From Octopus vulgaris (taxonomy: Eukaryota), in assembly GCA_951406725.2 (NCBI GenBank), contig OX597816.1, positions 32,116,001 to 32,180,000 of the forward strand: 64,000 nucleotides of DNA, in the 5' to 3' direction. This document shows, piece by piece, positions 1 through 12,099 of this stretch. The notes under the pieces are model-generated. The model was not told the origin of the DNA. It saw only the letters and a program-made list of their open reading frames with translations, and searched no databases. The position numbers and the translations under genes were made by a program. The first letter of the stretch is position 1. Every line of letters starts with the position of its first letter.

Positions 1-861
1 TAAGATCTTTTTCACTCTCCTACAGAAACACTTCCCCACCCAACATAAGTACTACACTATCCTAAATAAGAACACTATTAGACTCTCCTACTCTACCACG
101 CCCAATCTAGCCAGGAACCTAGCCAACAACAATGTGAAAAAACTTAACACATCTACTTTCTCCGGGGCCCATCCAACGTCCGATAGCAATTGCAACTGCC
201 ACGATAAAACCACCTGCCCCCTCAACAACAACTGCCTACAGAGGGACCTAGTATATAAATGCGAGGTAAGATCAGGCCTTGACGATAAAAGTAAATCCTA
301 CATTGGAATGACGTCAAACAGCTTTAAGACCCGCTGCTACGCACATACACACTCGTTCCGGCGACAGGATAAATCCAACCAAACTACCCTCGCCGCCCAC
401 ATCTGGTACCTTAAAAGGAACTCAATCCCCTTCAAGACCAAGTGGAAACTACTACAGAAGGCGCGCTCGTACACAGGAGGACATACCTGCTGTGACCTAT
501 GCATATCAGAGAGCCTAGAGATCTTGTTCGCCAAAGGCCCTCTCCTTAACAAATTTTCAGAACACTCCCCAAATTGCATGCATAAGAAGTATGCGAACTA
601 CAAGAACTATAGACCTACCCGGCAACCTGATTGATGACAACCCCCCCTACAACCCCCTCCCCCCAACCCCACTGTTCCCCTAGCACCCCCGATTACCTTT
701 TCTCCTAAGACCTTTCACATATTATATGTGCACGCTTGTATATGTGTATCGTATGTATGTATATATGTATAGAAATGCATGGGTACAGTAGGAATATACG
801 CATGTATTATGTGTGTGTGTGTGTATGTATGCATGTAGAAATATATATATGTATATGTATT

Positions 862-900
<39 letters not shown>

Positions 901-935
901 GCTTGTATGTGTGTGTGTGTGTACATGTGTATATG
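1..935 (+). mobile_element. Penelope-like element fragment (endonuclease region plus start of 3' UTR), runs off the window start
   Basis: Near-perfect reverse complement of ~4590-5527 (position 1 pairs with 5527); encodes a GIY-YIG domain. Confidence 0.9.
2..634 (+). CDS. PLE linker plus GIY-YIG endonuclease (C-terminal part of RT-EN polyprotein)
   Basis: Frame open from base 2 (KIFFTLLQKHFPTQHKYY...NTIRLSYS); CNC..CPL...CL, LVYKC, YIGMT, FKTR..H..SF, HIWYLK, CDLCISE, LLNK.SE...CMH motifs; ends TGA TGA. Confidence 0.88.
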   Translation, partial: KIFFTLLQKHFPTQHKYYTILNKNTIRLSYSTTPNLARNLANNNVKKLNTSTFSGAHPTSDSNCNCHDKTTCPLNNNCLQRDLVYKCEVRSGLDDKSKSYIGMTSNSFKTRCYAHTHSFRRQDKSNQTTLAAHIWYLKRNSIPFKTKWKLLQKARSYTGGHTCCDLCISESLEILFAKGPLLNKFSEHSPNCMHKKYANYKNYRPTRQPD

Positions 936-940
936 GGTTT

Positions 941-1585
941 CCCGGTCCAGGAATCGAAACCACAATCTTACGATCATGATGTTGACATCCTAACCACAAA
1001 GACACGCGCCTCTACCAATTATGAATAGACAAATATATAACTACATATAGTTCTGTAGTAAATCGTAGAATTAGATTCCTTTGCCAGAATATATATCGAG
1101 AGAGCTCCGTTCACTGTAACTAATTGTCGCGGGCGCGTTTGGAAGCGTCTAGATTTTGAGTTACAGGACTGTTCTGGAAAGCTCTTCTTTTAAAAACAGT
1201 TCACAAATCAAGAGATTTGCCATCAGCTATTATCCTAGAGGCAGTCACGCCTTTACTGTGTCGTAATCTCTTCTTTGTTATTACATATATGATTTTCCTG
1301 CAAAGACAATTTAATTCTAATGTTTGCACAACAAACTTTTGTAATTTGTAATTCTAGATTTAAGTTACTAAACTTTGCAATTCAAATAATAGTAAATATA
1401 ATTTTATGTGGCAATTCGTAGATTTACTTCTTTCCTTCTTTTGTACAAGGAATTTTGTTACTTTGCCACTCGCGGCTCTATCTCAACTAGTAACGATCAG
1501 ATAACTCTCCGCCAAACTGTTTATTGACCACTACATTTTTAAATGCCTAATCATACAAACATAAACACACACACACACATGTATG

Positions 1586-1643
<58 letters not shown>

Positions 1644-1935
1644 GGTCCCGGGTTGATTCGGGGTTAACCACAGTAAGTAAGGTACTCAATACATAGCAGA
1701 GTAAAATTAATTTATTATATAGAAGGAGCTTCTACAGGACTAGTACTGTTTCATTCAAGAGAAATCTTCAGGAAGCTATTTAACAAGAATTGTATTAGCA
1801 TTTATACATTTAGGCAGGTTTAAAGGAGTGGTGGTGGGGGACTTTTTTGGGGGTAGGCATAGCGCAAAATATCATACTTGGGGGAGTGGTCAAGGAGTCA
1901 GTGGTAAGTTAGATGAAAGAATAGATAAATAAAAA
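941..1935 (-). repeat. Inverted duplicate of ~6090-7114 (pLTR, ~700 bp flank and truncated SINE head)
   Basis: 941 cccggtccaggaatcgaaac is the reverse complement of the sequence ending at 7114; colinear to ~1935 with only isolated substitutions and TA-length differences. Confidence 0.92.
1727..1777 (-). ncRNA. Type I hammerhead ribozyme (PLE family 1)
   Basis: Minus strand reads agcttc CUGAAGA uuuc-ucuu-gaau GAAA cag-uacuaguc-cug UA gaagcu: helix I agcttc/gaagct, core boxes, GUA cleavage triplet. Confidence 0.85.
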
Positions 1936-2039
1936 AAAAAAAAAATATATATATAAAAAATATATATATAAAAATATATATATATAAAAAAAGATAGAGT
2001 TATAGGTAAATAAGGAGATTCTCACTTATACCTATACAC

Positions 2040-2069
2040 ACATGTATACGTATCTACACACACATATAT

Positions 2070-2110
<41 letters not shown>

Positions 2111-2994
2111 TATACATATACATATATACACACATACATACATATCTACATACACACATACATTCACCCGCCCACATATACAAATTTATACACATGCACA
2201 TGCCTATACCTGTCTACACATACACACACGTATATATGCATACACTCACTCCCATGCATGCACGCATACACACATGTATATATAAATATACCCACGACCA
2301 CACATACATATATACACAGAAAAATATATATTCATACGCACATACACTCATGCACACACAACACACCTAGTTCCCTATATACACATATTTACACCTATAT
2401 ATACATACACCCACATACACACATGCACATATATATACATATATATATATATACATATACACGCATACATATATATACATGTGTGCACATACATACATAT
2501 ACACATATACATACACATACACATACACATGTGTACCTATACATACCTACACATACACATATACATACATACATATATATACATATATATATATACAATC
2601 CAATACAGGCCCATTCCCTAATTTTAATTTTATTATCTTCATTTATTACTTTTGTTATCTTTGATCGCTAGAGCTAAGGATCCTGGCTATGGCAGCATGT
2701 CCATATGTCTGTCTACTAGAAGGCAAGTACTCATTCCCGCACACACACTCATTAGCACGTACATTCACCCATTCGTACACTCATACACATACACGTACGC
2801 ACGCGTTATATTCATACATACAAACATCTACATACGTTCACGTATATACACATACGTACTCGTACCTACAGATTCGTGTCTACACTTTAGGAGGCTAGTC
2901 TATACATATACACCAATAAATATACATATATATATATATATACACATATACATACACACACACACATATATACTCCTACATACAGATACATACC

Positions 2995-3056
<62 letters not shown>

Positions 3057-3234
3057 TACATACATACACATACACACACATATATACACACACACACATA
3101 CACATATATATACATACACAAACATATGTACACACATATATATACATACACACATACACACATACATACGTATACATACATACATACATACATACATCCA
3201 TACTTACATGCATTTATACGCATACACACACCCA

Positions 3235-3271
<37 letters not shown>

Positions 3272-3550
3272 TCACACATACATATACAAATATACGCACA
3301 CACATACATACATACACGTATACACATACACGCACCTACACATATACATGCGTACCCATACACGTGCACACACGCACGCGCATCCATATATATACACACA
3401 CACACATATATATACACGTGTGCAAGCATACATACATACTCATACGCGCACACATACTTACATATACATATATGCACACACTTACACACATATATATATA
3501 CATACATATATACATGCATACATACATATATGCATACATACACACACGCA

Positions 3551-3616
<66 letters not shown>

Positions 3617-3898
3617 CACATACACATACATACACATATACATATACATACACATACACATACATACACATATATACACATATATACACATACACACATA
3701 CATATATACACATATACATACATATACATACACGCACACATACATATATACATATACACTGATACACATACCCATACATATATATATATATACACACACA
3801 CACATATACACATGCATATACTTATATCTCTACATACTCACATATATAAACATATATACACATACACGCACATATACATACATGTACATACACATACG

Positions 3899-3947
<49 letters not shown>

Positions 3948-3949
3948 AC

Positions 3950-3982
<33 letters not shown>

Positions 3983-4288
3983 TACATATACACATATACA
4001 TGTATACATACGCAATAATGATACACATATATACACATACACACACACAGACATATGCATATACATACATATATATATAAATTACATATCTATATAAATA
4101 CATACATAATACACATACACACACGTATATATATATACATGCATATACATATACAAGTATACATACACATACATACACACACACGCGCACACATACATAT
4201 ACACACACACATATACAAATACATACATACACACATACACACACACACATATATACATACATGTACACATATACATATATATATATAT
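2040..4288. repeat. Complex (TA)/(CA)/(TACA) low-complexity tract inside the PLE 3' UTR
   Basis: Direct reading; homologous tract at ~53500-56110. Confidence 0.95.
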
Positions 4289-4620
4289 CAACAAGGGAGG
4301 GTAAAGTTAATTAGTTATTAATCAATTTCATCAAGTGTTCAGTATGTAAAGGGACCATTATTATTTTGAGTAAACAATGTTAGAGGGAAAAATTCTCTAA
4401 GTAGTGGAAGAGGCTAAAAAACTTTATTGGCTGCTATTTCTAGAAAGTTTAGTATGTGGCAAAGTAATTTATTTTATTTTACTAAGCCCTAATTATATAA
4501 TATTTTATACATACATACACATACATAAACACATACATTTACACATACATATGCATATACATATATACACATATACATACACACACATATACACATATAC
4601 ACACACACACACATACAATC

Positions 4621-4665
<45 letters not shown>

Positions 4666-4893
4666 AATACATATACATATATATATTTCTACATGCATAC
4701 ATACACACACACACACATAATACATGCGTATATTCCTACTGTACCCATGCATTTCTATACATATATACATACATACGATACACATATACAAGCGTGCACA
4801 TATAATATGTGAAAGGTCTTAGGAGAAAAGGTAATCGGGGGTGCTAGGGGAACAGTGTGGTTGGGGGGAGGGGGTTGTAGGGGGTGGTTGTCA

Positions 4894-5571
4894 TCAATCA
4901 GGTTGCCGGGTAGGTCTATAGTTCTTGTAGTTCGCATACTTCTTATGCATGCAATTTGGGGAGTGTTCTGAAAATTTGTTAAGGAGAGGGCCTTTTGCGA
5001 ACAAGATCTCTAGGCTCTCTGATATGCATAGGTCACAGCAGGTATGTCCTCCTGTGTACGAGCGCGCCTTCTGTAGTAGTTTCCACTTGGTCTTGAAGGG
5101 GATTGAGTTCCTTTTAAGGTACCAGATGTGGGCGGCGAGGGTAGTTTGGTTGGATTTATCCTGTCGCCGGAACGAGTGTGTATGTGCGTAGCAGCGGGTC
5201 TTAAAGCTGTTTGACGTCATTCCAATGTAGGATTTACTTTTATCGTCAAGGCCTGATCTTACCTCGCATTTATATACTAGGTCCCTCTGTAGGCAGTTGT
5301 TGTTGAGGGGGCAGGTGGTTTTATCGTGGCAGTTGCAATTGCTATCGGACGTTGGATGGGCCCCGGAGAAAGTAGATGTGTTAAGTTTTTTCACATTGTT
5401 GTTGGCTAGGTTCCTGGCTAGATTGGGCGTGGTAGAGTAGGAGAGTCTAATAGTGTTCTTATTTAGGATAGTGTAGTACTTATGTTGGGTGGGGAAGTGT
5501 TTCTGTAGGAGAGTGAAAAAGATCTTAGCTACAGGTGTAGCGACCTCACGGTTGAAGGGGGGTTGTACCAG
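4894..5571 (-). pseudogene. PLE linker plus GIY-YIG endonuclease frame, out of frame with the RT at a C6 run (5557-5562)
   Basis: ORF 4894-5394 gives the same protein as 134-634; frame extends upstream to FNREVATPVAKIFF. Confidence 0.85.
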
Positions 5572-5956
5572 CTAATGTGTCTTCGTCTATTTTTCCTGGG
5601 TTGGCGTGGGGCTATACTAGTGTAGGTAATCTTATCTTTAAAACCACTACGGGCCAGGGCCTCGTTGTAATAGGGGGCTGCGGCCTTAAAGATATCTTCC
5701 GTGGCGGACAGGCTAGAGATTCTAATTGAGACACTTTTTACTAGGTTATCTAATATATTTCTGGGGTGGTTGGAATTGATATCTATATATCTAAGGGATT
5801 CATTTGGTTTGTGGTACGGGTAATAAAGTGAGGTTTTTAAGTCGAGGGTGACATCTAGGAAGTTAGCCTTTGTTAAGTTGGATTCTAGGGTAATCCTAAG
5901 GCCTAAGTTTTTAAAGAAGGTGTGAAGATTTTTCCGGAACCCATCCGTGGTCCTGG

Positions 5957-6030
5957 TCTAGATTTAAGTTACTAAACTTTGCAATTCAAATAATAGTAAA
6001 TATAATTTTATGTGGCAATTCGTAGATTTA
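5957..6030 (+). repeat. 74-bp templated insertion copied from 1353-1426
   Basis: tctagatttaagttactaaac...gcaattcgtagattta matches 1353-1426 directly and ~6627-6701 inverted; sits at the PLE truncation junction. Confidence 0.9.
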
Positions 6031-6089
6031 TTTTATTTATTTATTTTATTCGTAGATTTATTTTATTTATTTTTTTTTTATTTTTTTAT

Positions 6090-6382
6090 TTTTTTATTTA
6101 TCTATTCTTTCATCTAACTTACCACTGACTCCTTGACCACTCCCCCAAGTATGATATTTTGCGCTATGCCTACCCCCAAAAAAGTCCCCCACCACCACTC
6201 CTTTAAACCTGCCTAAATGTATAAATGCTAATACAATTCTTGTTAAATAGCTTCCTGAAGATTTCTCTTGAATGAAACAGTACTAGTCCTGTAGAAGCTC
6301 CTTCTATATAATAAATTAATTTTACTCTGCTATGTATTGAGTACCTTACTTACTGTGGTTAACCCCGAATCAACCCGGGACC

Positions 6383-6383
<1 letters not shown>
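6090..6383 (+). mobile_element. PLE family 1 3' terminal repeat (pLTR), sense orientation, ending in (TA)n
   Basis: Reverse complement of 1643-1935; contains hammerhead 6249-6299. Confidence 0.88.
6249..6299 (+). ncRNA. Type I hammerhead ribozyme (PLE family 1)
   Basis: agcttc 6249-54, CTGAAGA 6255-61, short helix II, GAAA 6274-77, helix III cag/ctg, GTA ending 6293, gaagct 6294-99. Confidence 0.87.
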
Positions 6384-6468
<85 letters not shown>

Positions 6469-7042
6469 CATACATGTGTGTGTGTGTGTTTATGTTTGTA
6501 TGATTAGGCATTTAGAAATGTAGTGGTCAATAAACAGTTTGGCGGAGAGTTATCTGATCGTTACTAGTTGAGATAGAGCCGCGAGTGGCAAAGTAACAAA
6601 ATTCCTTGTACAAAAGAAGGAAAGAAGTAAATCTACGAATTGCCACATAAAATTATATTTACTATTATTTGAATTGCAAAGTTTAGTAACTTAAATCTAG
6701 AATTACAAATTACAAAAGTTTGTTGTGCAAATATTAGAATTAAATTGTCTTTGCAGGAAAATCATATATGTAATAACAAAGAAGAGATTACGACACAGTA
6801 AAGGCGTGACTGCCTCTAGGATAATAGCTGATGGCAAATCTCTTGATTTGTGAACTGTTTTTAAAAAGAAGAGCTTTCCAGAACAGTCCTGTAACTCAAA
6901 ATCTAGACGCTTCCAAACGCGCCCGCGACAATTAGTTACAGTGAACGGAGCTCTCTCGATATATATTCTGGCAAAGGAATCTAATTCTACGATTTACTAC
7001 AGAACTATATGTAGTTATATATTTGTCTATTCATAATTGGTA

Positions 7043-7300
7043 GAGGCGCGTGTCTTTGTGGTTAGGATGTCAACATCATGATCGTAAGATTGTGGTTTCG
7101 ATTCCTGGACCGGGCAACGCGTTGTGTTCTTGAGCAAGAAACTTCCTTTCATGTTGCTCCAGTTCACTCAGCTAGCAAAAATGAGTAACGCTGCAATGGA
7201 TTGGCGTCCTGTCCAGCTGCGGAAGACAAACGCAATTGAAACTGGGAAACCGGACCCATAAGCATGGCTAGGCTTTAAAAGGGTGTATTTATATTTTTTA
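7043..7300 (+). mobile_element. tRNA-derived SINE
   Basis: Pol III A-box-like gtggttagg and B-box-like ggtttcgattcc, then gttgtgttcttgagcaag body; related head on the minus strand at ~42635-42730. Confidence 0.75.
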
Positions 7301-7837
7301 TTCATAAGTGTGTGTGTGAGAGAGAGTATGTTTTTTATATTAAAATTTGTAATGCAAAGGAAGGTGATAATGGTTTTTATTCCTTCGTTAGGATCGCTTC
7401 AGCAATATATATTTCAGACCCATCATGAATATAGCTAATGTCTATGACATAACTTACATTGCTTGTGAGTCACATGTTCATCAAGTTAGGCAAATATTTG
7501 ACGTAAGCATAGAAATCAAGCTTCCAGTGATTTGCATTACCTTTTTCCCTATGTCTGACGAGATGAAGAAAGATCTGATGTAATATATCGCTATATTCTA
7601 TGATTATTTTGATATTCCCTATCTGTCAGAAATATGCTTTGTTGAAAAAATCTTTCTGAAGTAATGTATGTAATAATATCACTTTCTTTGATTTACTGTA
7701 TTAAATTCTGTGGCACTTAAATTCATCAATAAAATTTCCCCTCATTCGTAAATGTTTACTGTAACGAAACTGTCCATTTGTAAGCAATCTGTATTCCGCT
7801 ATTAACTTAAATGCTGAATTTAATCTCCAATAATTTG

Positions 7838-8035
7838 CGAGGAACAGGCAGAGTCGTTAGGCAAAATGCTTAGTGGCATCTCCTCATTCTTCATGTACTG
7901 AGGTCTTATTTCGCCGAGGTCGATTCTGCATTCACCCTTTCGCTGTCGTTAAAATGCATACCAGTTGAATACCGGGCAAAGTGTAACCAACTTTCTGTTT
8001 CACTAAAATTGCTAGCCCTGCGCCAAAATTTGAAA
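7838..8035 (+). mobile_element. Degenerate tRNA-derived SINE (second family)
   Basis: ggcagagtcgttag...aaatgcttag...cgccgaggtcga...ccctttcg; related copies at ~25789-25980 (+) and ~26345-26655 (-). Confidence 0.6.
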
Positions 8036-9935
8036 ATAATATGTATATATCGTATGTTGGCGAGAGGACAATATTTATTGGTATGGAAAGAGATGTGTTC
8101 AGATCCTCTTATAAGATGATATATTAACATCACTAATGGAAAGAGGCTTACAATATCTGATCAGTATTTCTCTCACTTTACTTTCTATATGGATATTCCC
8201 TATTGAATACAAAATATAAGCTGCCTCCCGGATTAATGAAATGCAGTCACTCACCGATTCCAAAGTCTAAAATTCTATCCATATTTCCAGTAAATCGTCT
8301 CTATCCTCTGGTTCATATGATCCTGAACACTTGATTGCTTGTGGCAAATGAACGTGCTGCGTTAAAGTCAACTTGAAAATACTATCGTTTGTAACCTATA
8401 CAGGAATTTAGTGTGGAAGACCGGCTGCATAAGGAAAAGAAAAGAAAAAGCTTCCCGAAGTTATATATATTTCATACATCTCTGAAAATTTAAATAGAAA
8501 CCTTCGTTATGAAGTATAGGCTACACAGCTAAAAATTGTTGTATACTAACTGTAACGTAACAGTGTGTAGCTAATAATCCTATAAACAATGTCTTATGCG
8601 ATATAGTATTTTGTATGTGTACCCTGCGAAACACAATATCTTAAGTTTTGAAAAACAGTAAATGAGAATAGATATACATACCTATATATGCAAACACACA
8701 TTTATATAAATTGATGCAGACATATACGTGTGAATGTGTATATGTAGAAACACACAAGAATACAAACGCACGCGCGTACAAGCAAAACACACACGTATAT
8801 CTTGCATATATTCATATGTAAATAAATATGTATAAAAAGAAACTTTGCGATTAATATTTTGAAAATTTTCTTTACTTTCACTTTCCATACGATAAAAAGA
8901 AAACGAATGTCACACGAATATTTTATGGCATCCCCAGACAAAGAAAGCCGATATTGTTCAAAATGATGCATTTGTAAACAGAAACTACGAAGAATCACAG
9001 TTATTTGAAGTGCATTGTGTAGAAATCGTGTCTGCAAAACGACAAAGCAAAAAAAGAAACATGAATAAGCTTACCATTTCAGTTTTGAAGATGAACAATA
9101 AAAGTTTGTCATTATTCTTTGCACGAATAATTTTTTTCTAAATTTGGAATATGTTTTTCATGTCATCCACATTGAATTATAGGATTCTGTATAGGATAAA
9201 AATTATCTCACTTCCAGGTTGTCGATAATACAGAAAGTTTTTTTTGCCACAAGGAAGCAAGTGTTCAGGATCATATATTTTTCGACATTTTGAAACAGGA
9301 GAAAGAGGCGCAAGGTAAACCCAAATTTTAACGTGACACATCAACTAATGAACAGTTTCTACAGTATTTGAGAACGATAGACACCGTCAGGAACACGGTT
9401 TTCTTACTAACGTTTGGTTACACGTTCTTAAATATCATACCTACTGAATAGCATCTTCTCATAGACTAGTTATAACACAAACTTTTATCAGAAATGACTT
9501 GCACATGTTGGAGCGAAAAACATCTTGAACAGCATTATATATGATAGGGATAGATATAGGAAGAGCAAAGCACATAAAGACTCTTTGCTTACAGGAAATT
9601 AAAATTAATATAAAAGAATGAAGTAATATTCCACGTCGACCTTTGGGTGTCAAATGGTACATAACGTAAATCAGCAACAGTAGATTTCATATACAGTGCC
9701 ACTAACGAAGCGTGAGCCCCGGATTCTCTCTCTCAAATCCAAAACACACAAAGAGGAAGAGAATCACATTCTAAAAATAAAGGCACCTTCCATTAAATAA
9801 ACAAAAGTGTACGTCATCATAAAGGAATTATCACAGATTGTGATTATGGTATGCTTATGTGAAAAGACGTAACAGAAATAAGGGAACTACAGAAATAACA
9901 TTCATAGCATAAAGATAAAAGATCTGATACAACAT

Positions 9936-9977
<42 letters not shown>

Positions 9978-9980
<3 letters not shown>

Positions 9981-10124
9981 TAAACACATAAATGTGAAAC
10001 AAGGTGGAAAAAAGATTACTCAAATACCAGGGGTAGAGTAATATGCTTTATTTAAAAGCAGCAGAAATTCAACAGAACCTGTTACTCGGAGTTTCACGTT
10101 CCCGTTCGTCGGACAGTTTTGTTA
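9978..10124 (-). mobile_element. ~147-bp hammerhead-bearing mini element (family 2) inserted in (TA)n
   Basis: Reverse complement matches 52806-52952; flanked by TA repeats on both sides. Confidence 0.8.
10079..10116 (-). ncRNA. Minimal type I hammerhead, CCGACGA core variant (family 2)
   Basis: Minus strand: cugu CCGACGA acg-ggaa-cgu GAAAC uccga GUA acag; helix I extends via aacaaaac/guucuguu. Confidence 0.7.
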
Positions 10125-10125
10125 T

Positions 10126-10148
10126 ACATATATATATATATGTATGTA

Positions 10149-10211
<63 letters not shown>

Positions 10212-10236
10212 ATATCTATCTATCTATCTATCTCTA

Positions 10237-10279
<43 letters not shown>

Positions 10280-10280
10280 C
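10126..10280. repeat. (TA)n/(TATC)n microsatellite
   Basis: Direct reading; source of the YLSI/IYLS ORFs. Confidence 0.95.
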
Positions 10281-12099
10281 TGTATATATACATATGTATG
10301 TATTTGTGTGTGCAGCCATACATACACACATGTATTGTGCATAAGACTTTTATTTTGTTTTTGTATTTATCAACATATTTAAGTTGCGTACCTGTAATTT
10401 CATTGTACCTACTTCTACTTGTGTATGTTTTCAATTCTAGCTTTTATCGATAAACAGTTTTATTGATAAGAGAGACATGAATGTATATGATATTTGGTTA
10501 GATGAAATGCAAGAAAATACAATTTATGTGGCAGAAACAAATCATATTCATTTATCGTGTCTGGTTTGGATTGAATATTATTTTCTATTGACCCGAGTAC
10601 TTACTGAATATCTGTATAACTGCGCAACATCAGTTGAACTAAATTATATTAATAACTGTCCACTCTGCTGTAACAAACAATGATTGATTAACACTAGAAG
10701 AGAATTGCTGAAAATTTCGATATTTTGTTTCCCTAATTTTGACACTCGTTTTTATATGTTCCTGACAGTAATTACTATTAATTTCATATATTACGATGGC
10801 TGAAAGTTGTAAAATTTCTGTAATGGTATCAATCATAATCTGAATGATTGAAAACTTGTTAAATGACTTATATTCCTCATATATCTCGAGACAATCATTA
10901 CACAAGATTGTGGCACTTTTGATGTGCTCAAAGTTAAATATTATACAAGCCACACAGTTGTTATATCTGGTTTCTTTTCAAGTGTATTAATGTATCCATT
11001 CTCAATATTTATATAGCAGCATAGGTTTTGCTATATACTTCATTTAAGTTCAAGTGAGTGGAAACACGGAAGCAAACAAAATGTAGAATGAAATATATGA
11101 GTGCGATGGCCCTCAATTCGAATTGAATGTGATAGGATAAATTGTGGAAGAGTAATCCTTGTTTTTAAAACATAATGGGTAGAAAATAGTAGAACAAATG
11201 AAGTATGCCATCTAGGATAATTTTTTACTCATTTAATTAAACAAATTAAAGAAAGGTTTGGCTGAACGTACGCTAAAAAAAACTTCACATAATTTTTCTT
11301 GTTGTGAGATCATGTAAGTCAGTAAATAAAGCGTCTATTATACGGCGCAGAGAGGATTAAAACAAATGTTATACTACTGCTTTTGGTATGATATTTACTA
11401 CTGGAAGTACTTTTAATCCTGATTATATTACTCTATACATTTATACAGAATAACGTCTCGATATGAATCTAAGTAATATCAGATGTAACCGAGTTGCTAT
11501 TTAGATCAATATTGTAGTCTAACAATTAAAATTACAATATATATTTCCAAGGCCACTTCAAACCTAAAAATTACTACAGAGTGTGCTAGTACTTTTGGAT
11601 GTCTCGATTCAGTGAACTTCTCCGCAACATAGAAGTATAACAGAAATTGTTATACTACTTGAAGTACTGGAGGATTTAGTCCGCTTCAGCTATTTAGTAA
11701 GCAAAGATATCAATCTTTGATATTCACTCTCTCGTCACGTCTGCTAAGAAACACTCTTCTGTTTCGTAATTCTCCTATGGACATTTTTGTAGTTACTTTG
11801 TAAAAGACAGTATAATGCTAACTCTCGGGGCTGCATTTATGCAACACTTGAAAGAGCATAATTGCTAGGTGAATAGAGCACATGTGTAGCACTTTTTTTT
11901 CTTTCTGAGTCTCACACTATGTATCAAAGCAAGCTTCCTTTAAGAAATTATATTCTTCTACAATGCCCGGAATAAGTACTAATAGGAGAGATTATGTTTC
12001 ATGGAGATAACCAAATAATGGAATCCACATTGCGAATGTGACATATTATATTAAATATAATAATAATAATAAAATAATAATAATAATCATAATAACAAC

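Larger units (their letters stand above)
1643..5956 (-). mobile_element. 5'-truncated Penelope-like element (RT C-terminus, GIY-YIG, long microsatellite-rich 3' UTR, hammerhead-bearing terminus)
   Basis: Colinear with 53133-57692; 3' end aggtcccgggttgattcgggg abuts (TA)n; RT fragment ~5557-5956 (NFLDVTLDL, PYHKPNE, YIDINSNHP). Confidence 0.92.

Noticed and set aside
632-637. TGA TGA after the endonuclease as possible selenocysteine read-through (some Naiad PLEs are reported to use Sec)
   Set aside because: Not at conserved Cys positions, the downstream frame differs between copies through indels, and I could not see a SECIS
2042-4321. Long ORFs rich in Y/I/H/T or C/V/M (here and near 27040-28257, 39005-39486, 44800-45270, 53382-56145, 58392-58876)
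   Set aside because: Stop-free translations of TA/CA/TACA microsatellites; no protein signal
4835-4890. G-quadruplex-capable G-runs next to the PLE stop codon
   Set aside because: G-rich strand is antisense to the element and run lengths differ between copies; no evidence of function
7043-7114. tRNA gene candidates (also 19146 and 30504)
   Set aside because: tRNA-like heads run into SINE bodies and do not form a full cloverleaf
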